In this document: piece after piece, positions 28,441 through 36,997 of the stretch
Layout: each line of letters begins with the position of its first letter
Numbering within the stretch: position 1 is the stretch's first letter
From: an uncultured Bacteroidales bacterium
GTDB lineage: Bacteria; Bacteroidota; Bacteroidia; Bacteroidales; UBA932
Assembly: GCA_905236955.1 (NCBI GenBank)
Contig: CAJOQW010000027.1
Span: 1-36,997, forward strand
DNA length: 36,997 nucleotides
Direction: 5' to 3'
The notes under the pieces: model-generated
Databases searched by the model: none
What the model was told of the DNA's origin: nothing
What the model saw: the letters and a program-made list of their open reading frames with translations, nothing else
Program-made: the position numbers and the translations under genes

Positions 28441-28950
28441 ATGAAAAAAGTGCTTGCAGCCGTCCTCCTCTCCGTATTACTCTTTACGGGGTGCGATTCC
28501 TTCCGCCGTCTGGCTGGCAGGCCGACCAGTGCCGACATAGCCGGAAAGAAGGCCTGGATCGAGGCTGAGGAAGCCGCCCACCAGGCCAGGCTGGATTCCC
28601 TTCGCCGGGTGCAGAAGGCCATTGCGGATTCGCTAGAACTCATAGACGAGATAAAAGCGTCCAAGACCATGGTACTCAAAGTATCCGAAGTCAAGGGCAT
28701 GTCCTCTGCCGGACTGGACAAGCATTATTATGTGATAATAGGCACTTTCAGCAGCCGTGACAACGCTTCGCGCCAGGGAGAGGTGGCTGCCGGTGCCGGT
28801 TATGTTCCCACCCTCATTTCTTACCGCAACGGCTTTACGGCGGTAGGCCTGAATGGAACGGACAGCATGGCCCATGCATGGGACACCTTCGGGAAACTGA
28901 AAGGCGAACCATTCTGTCCAAAAGATGTCTGGATGCTCGTAAATGAATGA
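28441..28950 (+). CDS. Lipoprotein with a coiled segment and a C-terminal SPOR-like domain
   Basis: Lipobox FTG-C, YYVIIGTFSSRDNA, and a terminal D.W.L typical of Bacteroidetes SPOR domains. Confidence 0.7.
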   Translation: MKKVLAAVLLSVLLFTGCDSFRRLAGRPTSADIAGKKAWIEAEEAAHQARLDSLRRVQKAIADSLELIDEIKASKTMVLKVSEVKGMSSAGLDKHYYVIIGTFSSRDNASRQGEVAAGAGYVPTLISYRNGFTAVGLNGTDSMAHAWDTFGKLKGEPFCPKDVWMLVNE

Positions 28951-30260
28951 AAATGAAGCATCTGCTTTTAATAATATCATTGATCGCCCTACCTTTGGCC
29001 GCTTTCTCCCAGGATTACTACGGAGAGCTTTTTGACGGGGAGGACGCCGCAGTCCTCCGCTCACATGTCGAGTATCTCTCTTCACTTGACGGCAGGGGCG
29101 CCGGATCTGAGGGCGAAAAAGCCGCCGCGGACTATTTCCGTTCCCAACTGCTTCTTGCAGGGGTGGATGTCCTCGACAGTCCCGACGATTCCGATTTCGG
29201 CCTGCTTTCGGCTTCAGGCGATACCGTCACTTCCCACAACGCCATCGGCTTCATCGAAGGTTACGATCCGGCGCTGCGGGACCATTACATTGTGATAGGA
29301 GCCCGTCTCGACAACCTGGGCGTCATTTCCGCCACGGTGGACGGGCAGATGGTGACCCGCACCTTCCCGGGTGCCAACGGAAACGCATCGGGGCTGGCCC
29401 TGCTGCTGGATCTGGCGAAGAAGCTCCAGACCAACAAGGTCCTCCTGAAGAGAAGCGTCATAATCGCCGCCTTCGGGGGGTCGGAACTGCAGAATGCCGG
29501 ATCGTGGTATTTCCTGAACCGTTCCTTCAAGGACGCTTCGAAGATAGACGCCATGATCAATCTTGACATGCTCGGTACCGGCAGCCGCGGTTTCTACGCT
29601 TACTGCGCCTCAAACTCCGACATGGAACAGGTGGTGAACAATCTCGCCTCGACCCTTCAGCCCGTGCATCCCGCCATCGTGCGCACGGAGCCCTGCCGGT
29701 CCGACCACCGCTCCTTCTATGCGAAGGAAATCCCTGCCGTGATGTTCACATCCGGCATGTACCCCGAATATAACACCGAAAGGGATGTCCCCGGCATACT
29801 GGAATATGATTTCCTGGAAAAGGAAGGGGAGTATATCTACAATTATTCCCTGACCCTGGTGAATGGTCCTAAGCCAGATTTCATGCCCTCGGATGCATTG
29901 GAACGCACATCCTCGGGTTCCGGGGTGGTGGCTTGGAACGACTGTGATGTGAAGCCCGCATTCATGAACAACTACGACCCTAACGTTTTCCTCAACCGCT
30001 GGGTGTACGTATATCTGAAATATCCGCAATATGCTGTCGAGAACGGAATCCAGGGACGCGTGCTCGTGGATTTCGTGATAGACGAGAAGGGGAAGATGAA
30101 GGATGTGAAGGTCCTGAAGGGCGTACATCCGTCCCTGGATGCCGAAGCTGTGAAGGTAGTGGCAGCGTCCCCCGACTGGAAGCCGGCCCGGGTGAGGGGG
30201 CAGAAGGTCAAGTGTGAGATGTCGCTGTATGTGGAATTCAGGCTGGAAAAGAGGAAATAA
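28947..30260 (+). CDS. Secreted M28 peptidase-like domain fused to a TonB C-terminal domain
   Basis: Signal peptide AFS-Q. M28 scaffold motifs GRGAGSEGE, IVIGA.LD, NASG, MINLDM and SDH..F. TonB_C motifs LKYP..A...GIQGRVLVDFVIDEKG and LDAEA..VV...P.WKPA...G..V. Confidence 0.8.
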   Translation: MKMKHLLLIISLIALPLAAFSQDYYGELFDGEDAAVLRSHVEYLSSLDGRGAGSEGEKAAADYFRSQLLLAGVDVLDSPDDSDFGLLSASGDTVTSHNAIGFIEGYDPALRDHYIVIGARLDNLGVISATVDGQMVTRTFPGANGNASGLALLLDLAKKLQTNKVLLKRSVIIAAFGGSELQNAGSWYFLNRSFKDASKIDAMINLDMLGTGSRGFYAYCASNSDMEQVVNNLASTLQPVHPAIVRTEPCRSDHRSFYAKEIPAVMFTSGMYPEYNTERDVPGILEYDFLEKEGEYIYNYSLTLVNGPKPDFMPSDALERTSSGSGVVAWNDCDVKPAFMNNYDPNVFLNRWVYVYLKYPQYAVENGIQGRVLVDFVIDEKGKMKDVKVLKGVHPSLDAEAVKVVAASPDWKPARVRGQKVKCEMSLYVEFRLEKRK

Positions 30261-30275
30261 CATTCAAAGCTCCAT

Positions 30276-33008
30276 ATGGAATACAATTTCAAAGAGATCG
30301 AAGCGAAGTGGCAGGCCCGCTGGGCTGCCGGGAAAACCTACAAGGTAGAGGAAGATCAATCACGGCCGAAGTTTTACGTGCTGGACATGTTCCCGTATCC
30401 TTCGGGGGCTGGGCTTCATGTAGGCCATCCCCTGGGTTACATAGCTAGCGATATCTATGCGCGTTACAAGCGTTTGAAGGGTTTCAACGTCCTGCATCCG
30501 ATGGGATATGACGCCTTCGGCCTTCCTGCCGAACAGTACGCCATCCAGACCGGACAGCATCCCGAGAAGACTACGGACGATAATATCGCCCGTTACCGCA
30601 GCCAGCTTGACAGGCTCGGCTTCTCGTTCGACTGGGACCGTTCTTTCCGCACCTGTGATCCCTCTTACTATAAATGGACCCAGTGGGCGTTCCTCAAGAT
30701 GTTCAAGAGCTGGTACGACCCGTTCCTGGACAAGGCCCGTCCAATAACCGAACTGGTCGGGCGCTTCGAGACCGAAGGCTACGACGGCATAACCCCTGAC
30801 GCGTGGAAATCTTTTTCCGAAAAGGAAAAGAGCGAAATACTCATGAATTACCGTATCGCCTATCAGGGCGAAACCAGTGTCAACTGGTGCGAAGGCCTCG
30901 GTACCGTGCTTGCCAATGACGAGGTGAAGGACGGCTTGAGCGTAAGGGGCGGATATCCTGTGGTACAGAAGAAGATGAAGCAGTGGCAGCTGCGTGTCTC
31001 GGCTTATGCCGAAAGGCTCCTTGCAGGGCTGGACAAGCTGGACTGGACGGAGTCGCTCAAGGATATGCAGCGCAACTGGATAGGAAAGAGCGAAGGCACC
31101 GAAATGATATTCGATACCGTCTGCGATGGCCGCCACCTGCCTATAACCATATTCACCACCCGTGCGGATACAGTTTTCGGGGTGACCTTCATGGTGCTTG
31201 CACCCGAAAGCGAACTCGTCCCGCAACTTACCGCCGCCTCCGAAAAGGCTGCTGTCGAGGAGTATCTGCAATATGCCGCCAAGAAGACTGAGCGTGAGCG
31301 CCAGGCCGAAACCAGGAACGTGACGGGGGTATTCTCCGGTTCGTACGGAGTCAATCCGCTGACAGGCGAGAAAATCCCCATCTGGATATCCGAATATGTC
31401 CTTGTCGGTTATGGCACGGGAGCCATAATGGGCGTTCCCGCCCACGACAGCCGCGACTATGCCTTCGCAAAGAAGTTCGGCCTGCCCATCATCCCCATCA
31501 TAGCAGGCGCAGATGTGTCCGAGAACAGTTTCGACGCCAAGGAAGGCATCATGGTCAATTCCGGTTTCCTTGACGGCATGGATGTGAAGCATGCCATAGA
31601 AGCAGCCAAGGATTATGTCGAGCGGAACGGTCTGGGACGGCGCAAGACCAACTACCGTTTGCGCGATGCGATATTCAGCCGCCAGCGCTACTGGGGCGAG
31701 CCGTTCCCCATCTACTACAAGGACGGCATAGCCACTCCGCTCCCCGAGAGCGAACTTCCGCTCGAGCTTCCCGAGATAACATCCTTCAAGTCCGACCATG
31801 GCGAGGCTCCGCTTGAGAGGGCAGCCGGTTGGAACTACAAGGGTTATCCGCTCGAGACCAGCACCATGCCGGGCTTTGCGGGATCCAGCGCCTATTATCT
31901 GCGTTACATGGATCCTTGCAACGACCAGGAACTCGTGAGCGCGGATGCCGACAGGTACTGGCGGAACGTGGACCTCTACGTTGGAGGGACCGAACATGCG
32001 GTAGGACACCTCATCTATTCCCGTTTCTGGAACAAGTTCCTTTTCGACATGGGTTATGTGTGTGAAGAAGAACCCTTCCGCAAGCTCATCAACCAGGGCA
32101 TGATCCAGGGGCGCTCCAACTTCGTCTACAGGGTCAAGGGCACGAACACCTTCGTTTCCGCGGGGCTCCTGAAAGATTATGACACCACCGAGATCCATGT
32201 CGACGTGAACATAGTACACGGCGACAAGCTGGATATGGCAGCTTTCCGTGCATGGCGGCCCGAATTCGCCGATGCCGAGTTCATCCTCGAGGACGGAGAG
32301 TACATTTGCGGCTGGGCGGTCGAGAAGATGAGCAAGAGCATGTACAATGTCGTCAACCCCGACGAGATATGCGATTCCTATGGGGCCGACACCCTGAGGC
32401 TGTATGAGATGTTCCTCGGTCCGGTAGAGCAGAGCAAGCCATGGGATACCAAGGGTATCGACGGCGTGCACCGCTTCCTCAAGAAATTCTGGCGCCTTTT
32501 CTACAACCAGGACAAATTGCTGGTGACGGATACGGAGCCCTCTCCGGCGGAACTCAAGGCCCTCCATACCCTCATCGGCAAGGAGCAGGAGGATATCGAA
32601 TCTTTCTCCTACAACACCAACATCAGCGCCTTCATGATAGCGGTGAACGAACTCACCGACCTCAAAACCTCTTCCCGCGGTATCCTCGAACCGCTTGTCA
32701 TACTCCTTTCCCCGTTCGCCCCGCACATCAGCGAAGAACTGTGGCACGCCCTGGGACATGATGACAGCGTGGTGGAAGCCAGGTTCCCGGAGTTCAACCC
32801 CGCCTTCACGGTGGAGGACAGCGTTACTTATCCGGTATCTTTCAACGGCAAGACGAGGTTCACCGTGAACCTTCCCAAGTCGGCTTCAACCCAGGAGGTG
32901 GAAGCCGCGGTGAGGGCTCTTCCCGATACTGCTAAATACGTGGCAGACAAGCAGGTAGTTAAAGTGATAGTAGTTCCCGGAAGGATAGTTAACATAGTCT
33001 TGAAATGA
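30276..33008 (+). CDS. leuS: Leucine--tRNA ligase
   Basis: Motifs [14 protein letters not shown] (HIGH), FTTRADT editing domain, and KMSKS. Confidence 0.97.
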   Translation: MEYNFKEIEAKWQARWAAGKTYKVEEDQSRPKFYVLDMFPYPSGAGLHVGHPLGYIASDIYARYKRLKGFNVLHPMGYDAFGLPAEQYAIQTGQHPEKTTDDNIARYRSQLDRLGFSFDWDRSFRTCDPSYYKWTQWAFLKMFKSWYDPFLDKARPITELVGRFETEGYDGITPDAWKSFSEKEKSEILMNYRIAYQGETSVNWCEGLGTVLANDEVKDGLSVRGGYPVVQKKMKQWQLRVSAYAERLLAGLDKLDWTESLKDMQRNWIGKSEGTEMIFDTVCDGRHLPITIFTTRADTVFGVTFMVLAPESELVPQLTAASEKAAVEEYLQYAAKKTERERQAETRNVTGVFSGSYGVNPLTGEKIPIWISEYVLVGYGTGAIMGVPAHDSRDYAFAKKFGLPIIPIIAGADVSENSFDAKEGIMVNSGFLDGMDVKHAIEAAKDYVERNGLGRRKTNYRLRDAIFSRQRYWGEPFPIYYKDGIATPLPESELPLELPEITSFKSDHGEAPLERAAGWNYKGYPLETSTMPGFAGSSAYYLRYMDPCNDQELVSADADRYWRNVDLYVGGTEHAVGHLIYSRFWNKFLFDMGYVCEEEPFRKLINQGMIQGRSNFVYRVKGTNTFVSAGLLKDYDTTEIHVDVNIVHGDKLDMAAFRAWRPEFADAEFILEDGEYICGWAVEKMSKSMYNVVNPDEICDSYGADTLRLYEMFLGPVEQSKPWDTKGIDGVHRFLKKFWRLFYNQDKLLVTDTEPSPAELKALHTLIGKEQEDIESFSYNTNISAFMIAVNELTDLKTSSRGILEPLVILLSPFAPHISEELWHALGHDDSVVEARFPEFNPAFTVEDSVTYPVSFNGKTRFTVNLPKSASTQEVEAAVRALPDTAKYVADKQVVKVIVVPGRIVNIVLK

Positions 33009-33958
33009 AACACGGGAACAAGGTTCTGCGCACTGTGTGGGAGTATGCGGTAATGACGTTCGCTACTTTCATCTACACTGTGTCCTGGGAGGCGTTCATG
33101 ATACCCAATGAGATGTCGGCCGGCGGCCTGATGGGAGTCTGTACCATCATCGAGTTCGCGACCGACGGCCTGATAAAGGCTTCATATTCATTCTTCGTCG
33201 TGAACGCCCTTCTCATATTGATGGCCGTGCTGATATTCGGGATCGGTTTCGGGTTCAAGACCCTGTACTGCATCCTGATGTCCTCGGTCTTCCTCTGGCT
33301 GGTCGACGACTGGAGCTGGTTGCATGCCATCCCTGGCAATTTCCTCTATGTAAAGGATCCGACCCTTGTGCCCATCATCGCCGGTTTTTTCGAGTCCCTG
33401 GGTATAGGCTTGTGCCTGAGGAACGGCGGCAGTACAGGAGGGACGGATATAGTGGCCCTGGTAGTCAACAAGTACTGGCCGGTATCCCTGAGCGGGGTGT
33501 TTTTCATCACCGACCTTATAGTCGTGGTGTCGCAGTTGCTCCTGCGGCCGGGTTTCGGATCCTATTCAGGCGACCCGAAGACCTTCAACGACGTGGTTTA
33601 CGGCCTCCTGGAGATAGTGACCTTCGCGCTCACCATAGACATGTTCACGATAGGCGGCAAGAACAAGATGCAACTCCTCATCTTCTCCGAGAAATACCAG
33701 GAGATAGCCGACTACATCAGCGGTAAGATGGAAAGGGGAGTGACGGTCCTGAAAGCCCAGGGCTGGTACACGAAGCAGTCCAAGAACGTGCTGCTCGTGC
33801 TGCTGACCCGCAGTGAGTTCTCCCCGCTTAGCAAGGAAATCAACAGGATCGACAACAAGGCCTTCCTGAGCGTTAACAATGTCGGCGAAGTGTACGGTGA
33901 AGGTTTCACCGCGATAAAGACCGGCAAATTGACCCTGAAGAAAAAACCGGATGAATAA
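33005..33958 (+). CDS. YitT family membrane protein (paralog 1)
   Basis: Motifs [14 protein letters not shown]...GWY and C-terminal DUF2179 (ID..AF.....VYGEGF). Confidence 0.88.
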   Translation: MKHGNKVLRTVWEYAVMTFATFIYTVSWEAFMIPNEMSAGGLMGVCTIIEFATDGLIKASYSFFVVNALLILMAVLIFGIGFGFKTLYCILMSSVFLWLVDDWSWLHAIPGNFLYVKDPTLVPIIAGFFESLGIGLCLRNGGSTGGTDIVALVVNKYWPVSLSGVFFITDLIVVVSQLLLRPGFGSYSGDPKTFNDVVYGLLEIVTFALTIDMFTIGGKNKMQLLIFSEKYQEIADYISGKMERGVTVLKAQGWYTKQSKNVLLVLLTRSEFSPLSKEINRIDNKAFLSVNNVGEVYGEGFTAIKTGKLTLKKKPDE

Positions 33959-34929
33959 TGGCTGTACTCAAACACAACTTCGCGACCGTCCTTAAGGAAT
34001 ACGCCCTGATAACCTTCGGTATCGTGTGCTATTCCCTGGCATGGGATATTTTCTTGATACCCAACAACCTGGTAGGCGGCGGGGTTACAGGTGTCGGTTC
34101 CATCATCGAATATGCCACGCACGGCGTCATCAAGACTGGATACAGCTATTTCGTAATCAACGCCATACTCCTTACCGTCGGGCTCTTCACCTTGGGGAGG
34201 GGCTTCGGAATCAAGACTGTCTATGCGGTCCTCATCGCATCCCTCACCCTTAGTCTTGGCGGGGACATCATCCCGAAGAGTTTCATCCAGGCGATGGCCA
34301 TCGACAACGGCAAGTTGCTGAGCGTGATCATGGGCGGCATGCTCGCCGGTTTCGGCATAGGGCTCACCATGTCGCAGGGAGGCAGCACGGGAGGAACGGA
34401 CATAATCGCCCTCATACTGAACAAGTACCGTGGCATATCCCCGGGGAAGGTCATCCTATGGATAGATGTGGTCATCATAGCATCTTCCATCCTAGTCCCT
34501 TCCTATACTCCGGACGGGACGCTGGTGCCCTTCATCGACAAGATAATGGTGGTGGTTTACGGCTATATCCTGGCGGCCGTGCTGAGCATAGTGCTCGACT
34601 GGACCCTTTCCGGATCCAGGCAGAGCGTGCAGGTGTTCATAACTTCGAGGAAGCACGCAGAAATAGCCGACGAAATCACCCATGAGTTCCATCGCGGGGT
34701 CACCGTCCTGAATGGCAAGGGATGGTATTCCCAGGAGGCGGTCCAGGTACTTATGGTGCTCACTAGGAAAAATGACCTGAACCTGATGCTGAGGAGCATA
34801 AAGGCCATCGATCCCAATGCCTTCGTTTCGGTGGCTTCGGTTACGGCCGTCTACGGCAAGGGTTTCGATGCCATAAAAGGTGCCCTTAAAGGGGGTAATC
34901 AAGGGGGTAAATCTCCCGAAAAATCTTAG
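33958..34929 (+). CDS. YitT family membrane protein (paralog 2)
   Basis: Motifs [20 protein letters not shown] and IDPNAF.....VYGKGF. Confidence 0.88.
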   Translation: MAVLKHNFATVLKEYALITFGIVCYSLAWDIFLIPNNLVGGGVTGVGSIIEYATHGVIKTGYSYFVINAILLTVGLFTLGRGFGIKTVYAVLIASLTLSLGGDIIPKSFIQAMAIDNGKLLSVIMGGMLAGFGIGLTMSQGGSTGGTDIIALILNKYRGISPGKVILWIDVVIIASSILVPSYTPDGTLVPFIDKIMVVVYGYILAAVLSIVLDWTLSGSRQSVQVFITSRKHAEIADEITHEFHRGVTVLNGKGWYSQEAVQVLMVLTRKNDLNLMLRSIKAIDPNAFVSVASVTAVYGKGFDAIKGALKGGNQGGKSPEKS

Positions 34930-34961
34930 GTCCGGAAATAATTTTTTTTTTGACTTTTACC

Positions 34962-34988
34962 CCTGCCTCTACTCCCCGTGGAGGCAGG
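34962..34988. terminator. GC-rich stem-loop after the leuS-yitT operon (possible terminator or regulatory hairpin)
   Basis: CCTGCCTCTAC-TCCCC-GTGGAGGCAGG, an 11-bp stem with one G-U pair. The 3' U-tract is weak (ATTT). Confidence 0.45.
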
Positions 34989-35037
34989 ATTTAATCGTAT
35001 ATTAGGCCCGAAAACAACAACAAAGACTTCTTAAAGT

Positions 35038-36069
35038 ATGAAAAAAACACTAGCTAAGGCATTTATCATCAGGGCAATTTCCGTTTTCTCGTTAATTGTT
35101 TTAGTCGTGCTCCAAATTGTTTCGGGCGGAGGTTTCGGTATCAGGTGCCTTCTCGCCGACTTCATCATCTGCTCGTCCGTGCTCATGATATACCCTTTGA
35201 GTTACGAGGATGCGGGTAAATCCATACCTTTTGCTTCGGGACTCTCGGTCCTGGGAGCGGTAATGTCCCTATGCCCTTTCTTCTATGGCAACGAGTGCCT
35301 GTTGGGAATGCTTGTATCCTTGTCCGTGACGGTGATGTATGCTATTTACCGGGCATGCAGCAAATACGACAATGTCCGTACCCTTTTCCGCCTGGATTCG
35401 GTATGGTGTGCCGTCGAAGATTATTCAAGGGCTTCGTATCAGTTGCTTCTCTGCCTGATAGGCGTTTCCGCCCTTACGGCATGCCGGTATGAGGCTCCCG
35501 CCTGGGTGTTCATCTTCCATCTGATCATGCTCACGGCCTTCTACGGGGCACAGTATTACCGCGCTTACACGGGCAGGACGCTTTTCATCGGTTCCCGCAG
35601 GGAGAAGTCGATAAAGGAGATAATGCGGGGAAATCTGAGGAGCATGCCGGATTCGGCTGGTACCGACGAACAACTCAATGCGGTTTATTCCAAGGTCATC
35701 AAATATATGGAGACCAAGAAACCTTACCTGGTGGACGGCTTTTCCATAGATGACCTGGCAAGTGCGGTGTTTACCAACAAGGTCTATTTATCAAAGGCCA
35801 TCAACTATTTTTCGGGGCGGAACTACAGGCAGTTCATCAATTATTACCGTATATCCTACGCTACGGAACTCATGCGCAAGGACAGGAATATCAAGATAGT
35901 GGAACTGGCTATGACATGCGGATTCCATTCGGTGGTTACGTTCAACATGGCGTTCAAGTTATATATGAACATGACCCCCACCGCCTATTACGGGGTGCTG
36001 GCCACTAAAGACGTACTCCCTTCCAACTCCCAGGGACAGTGGCGGTTAACTCCATCACTGTCTTTCTGA
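35038..36069 (+). CDS. Membrane-anchored AraC-family transcriptional regulator
   Basis: Several N-terminal TMs, then a C-terminal AraC HTH (KPYL...SIDDLA....TNK.YLS..IN....F..FIN.YR...A...CGF.S..TF..AFK....TP). Confidence 0.85.
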   Translation: MKKTLAKAFIIRAISVFSLIVLVVLQIVSGGGFGIRCLLADFIICSSVLMIYPLSYEDAGKSIPFASGLSVLGAVMSLCPFFYGNECLLGMLVSLSVTVMYAIYRACSKYDNVRTLFRLDSVWCAVEDYSRASYQLLLCLIGVSALTACRYEAPAWVFIFHLIMLTAFYGAQYYRAYTGRTLFIGSRREKSIKEIMRGNLRSMPDSAGTDEQLNAVYSKVIKYMETKKPYLVDGFSIDDLASAVFTNKVYLSKAINYFSGRNYRQFINYYRISYATELMRKDRNIKIVELAMTCGFHSVVTFNMAFKLYMNMTPTAYYGVLATKDVLPSNSQGQWRLTPSLSF

Positions 36070-36781
36070 CAGGGTGGATGAAGGTTGCCTTGTATGAGTG
36101 GAGGCATATGCTTCCGTCGGGATTCGACCTGGGGGCCCCGTATTTGAGGTCGCCTTTGATGCAGCAGCCGATGTGGGAAAGTTGGCAGCGGATCTGATGG
36201 TGCCTTCCGGTGAGCAGTTCCACTTCGAGCAGATGGTATTTGTCGGTATCCAGGATGTGGCGGTATTTGAGTTTCGCCAATTTCGCAGGCTCTCCGGCAA
36301 AGGCAGCAGCCTTCCGGCCAGTAGGTGATTTCGGGAGAGGCTGTCCTTCAGGCACTGCAGTTTCCGGAGCGTCGACGACGTAGCTCTTGTTCTGTTTCTC
36401 GTTGCGGACCAGCCAGTCCTCCAGCAGTCCTTCCTTCATTTTGGGAGCCTTGCAGCAGAGCGCCAGGTATGTCTTGTGGACATCCCCGTCGCGGAACATC
36501 CCGGTGAGCCTTTCCAGGGCCTTTCCGGTTTTGGCAAAGATGACGAGTCCGCTGACGGGACGGTCGATACGGTGGGGAACACCCATGAAAACCTGTCCCG
36601 GCTTGGCATCCCTGGCAGCGATGAAGGCCTTGAGGGTTTCGCTCAGCGGCTCGTCCCCGGTCTTGTCGCCCTGGACTATTTCGCCCGGCCTCTTGTCGAA
36701 GACCAGCAGATGGTTGTCCTCGTAGATTATCCTGCTGCGGATATCCCCGGTTTCCTCGTTTGAAAGCTGCCTGTAGATCAT
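36005..36781 (-). CDS. RluA-family RNA pseudouridine synthase
   Basis: Motifs YEDNHL, HRIDRPVSG (catalytic Asp), TGRHHQIR, GDLKYG and LHS. Confidence 0.92.
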   Translation of the reverse strand: MIYRQLSNEETGDIRSRIIYEDNHLLVFDKRPGEIVQGDKTGDEPLSETLKAFIAARDAKPGQVFMGVPHRIDRPVSGLVIFAKTGKALERLTGMFRDGDVHKTYLALCCKAPKMKEGLLEDWLVRNEKQNKSYVVDAPETAVPEGQPLPKSPTGRKAAAFAGEPAKLAKLKYRHILDTDKYHLLEVELLTGRHHQIRCQLSHIGCCIKGDLKYGAPRSNPDGSICLHSYKATFIHPVRKTVMELTATVPGSWKGVRL

Positions 36782-36788
36782 GGTTGCG

Positions 36789-36796
36789 CAAAGATA
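36789..36796 (-). promoter_or_regulatory. -7 element (TATCTTTG) 7 nt upstream of the RluA-family ATG
   Basis: Minus strand reads TATCTTTG-CGCAACC-ATG. Confidence 0.65.
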
Positions 36797-36797
36797 A

Positions 36798-36836
36798 TGA
36801 CAATTTGTCAGAAAACGGTTATGGCACGCGTTTGGT
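36798..36836 (+). promoter_or_regulatory. TGACA-N3-TGTCA palindrome plus sigma54-like -24/-12 box upstream of dnaK
   Basis: TGACAATTTGTCA at 36798-36810 and TGGCACGCGTTTGGT at 36822-36836. The -24 TGGCACG is perfect; the -12 is degenerate. Confidence 0.55.
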
Positions 36837-36886
36837 TTATTCCATTGCGTCCCCGCAGCAGGGGATTTACAGAATAATAGATATAA

Positions 36887-36997
<111 letters not shown>

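Noticed and set aside
30360-32759. 799-aa ORF antisense to leuS
   Set aside because: Same shadow-frame effect; no promoter or domain evidence.

Overview
A gene-dense, GC-rich (roughly 55-60% by eye) stretch of core chromosome from a Bacteroidales-type bacterium. The assignment is inferred from repeated TAnnTTTG -7 promoter elements, signal peptides followed by Gln, and the gene content. The window holds a tRNA-Ser(UGA), about 33 complete CDSs and two partial ones. Housekeeping genes include ackA, a ptb/pta-type acyltransferase, rsmD, cstA, mazG, tcdA, prfA, fabF, gyrA, phoH, leuS, an RluA-family synthase and the start of dnaK. I see no integrase, transposase, CRISPR array, prophage or recognisable defence system. 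The most unusual observations are: (1) a secreted M28 peptidase-fold protein that has lost most zinc ligands and is fused to a TonB C-terminal domain, translationally coupled to a SPOR lipoprotein; (2) a stand-alone Clp N-terminal-domain gene divergent from gyrA, with no AAA+ modules; (3) six genes whose -7 promoter element lies only 4-7 nt from the ATG, suggesting leaderless or near-leaderless mRNAs; (4) an intrinsic terminator that also encodes the signal peptide of a CapA-family gene; (5) a TGACA-N3-TGTCA palindrome plus a sigma54-like box upstream of dnaK. All family assignments come from motif recognition, not database searches.
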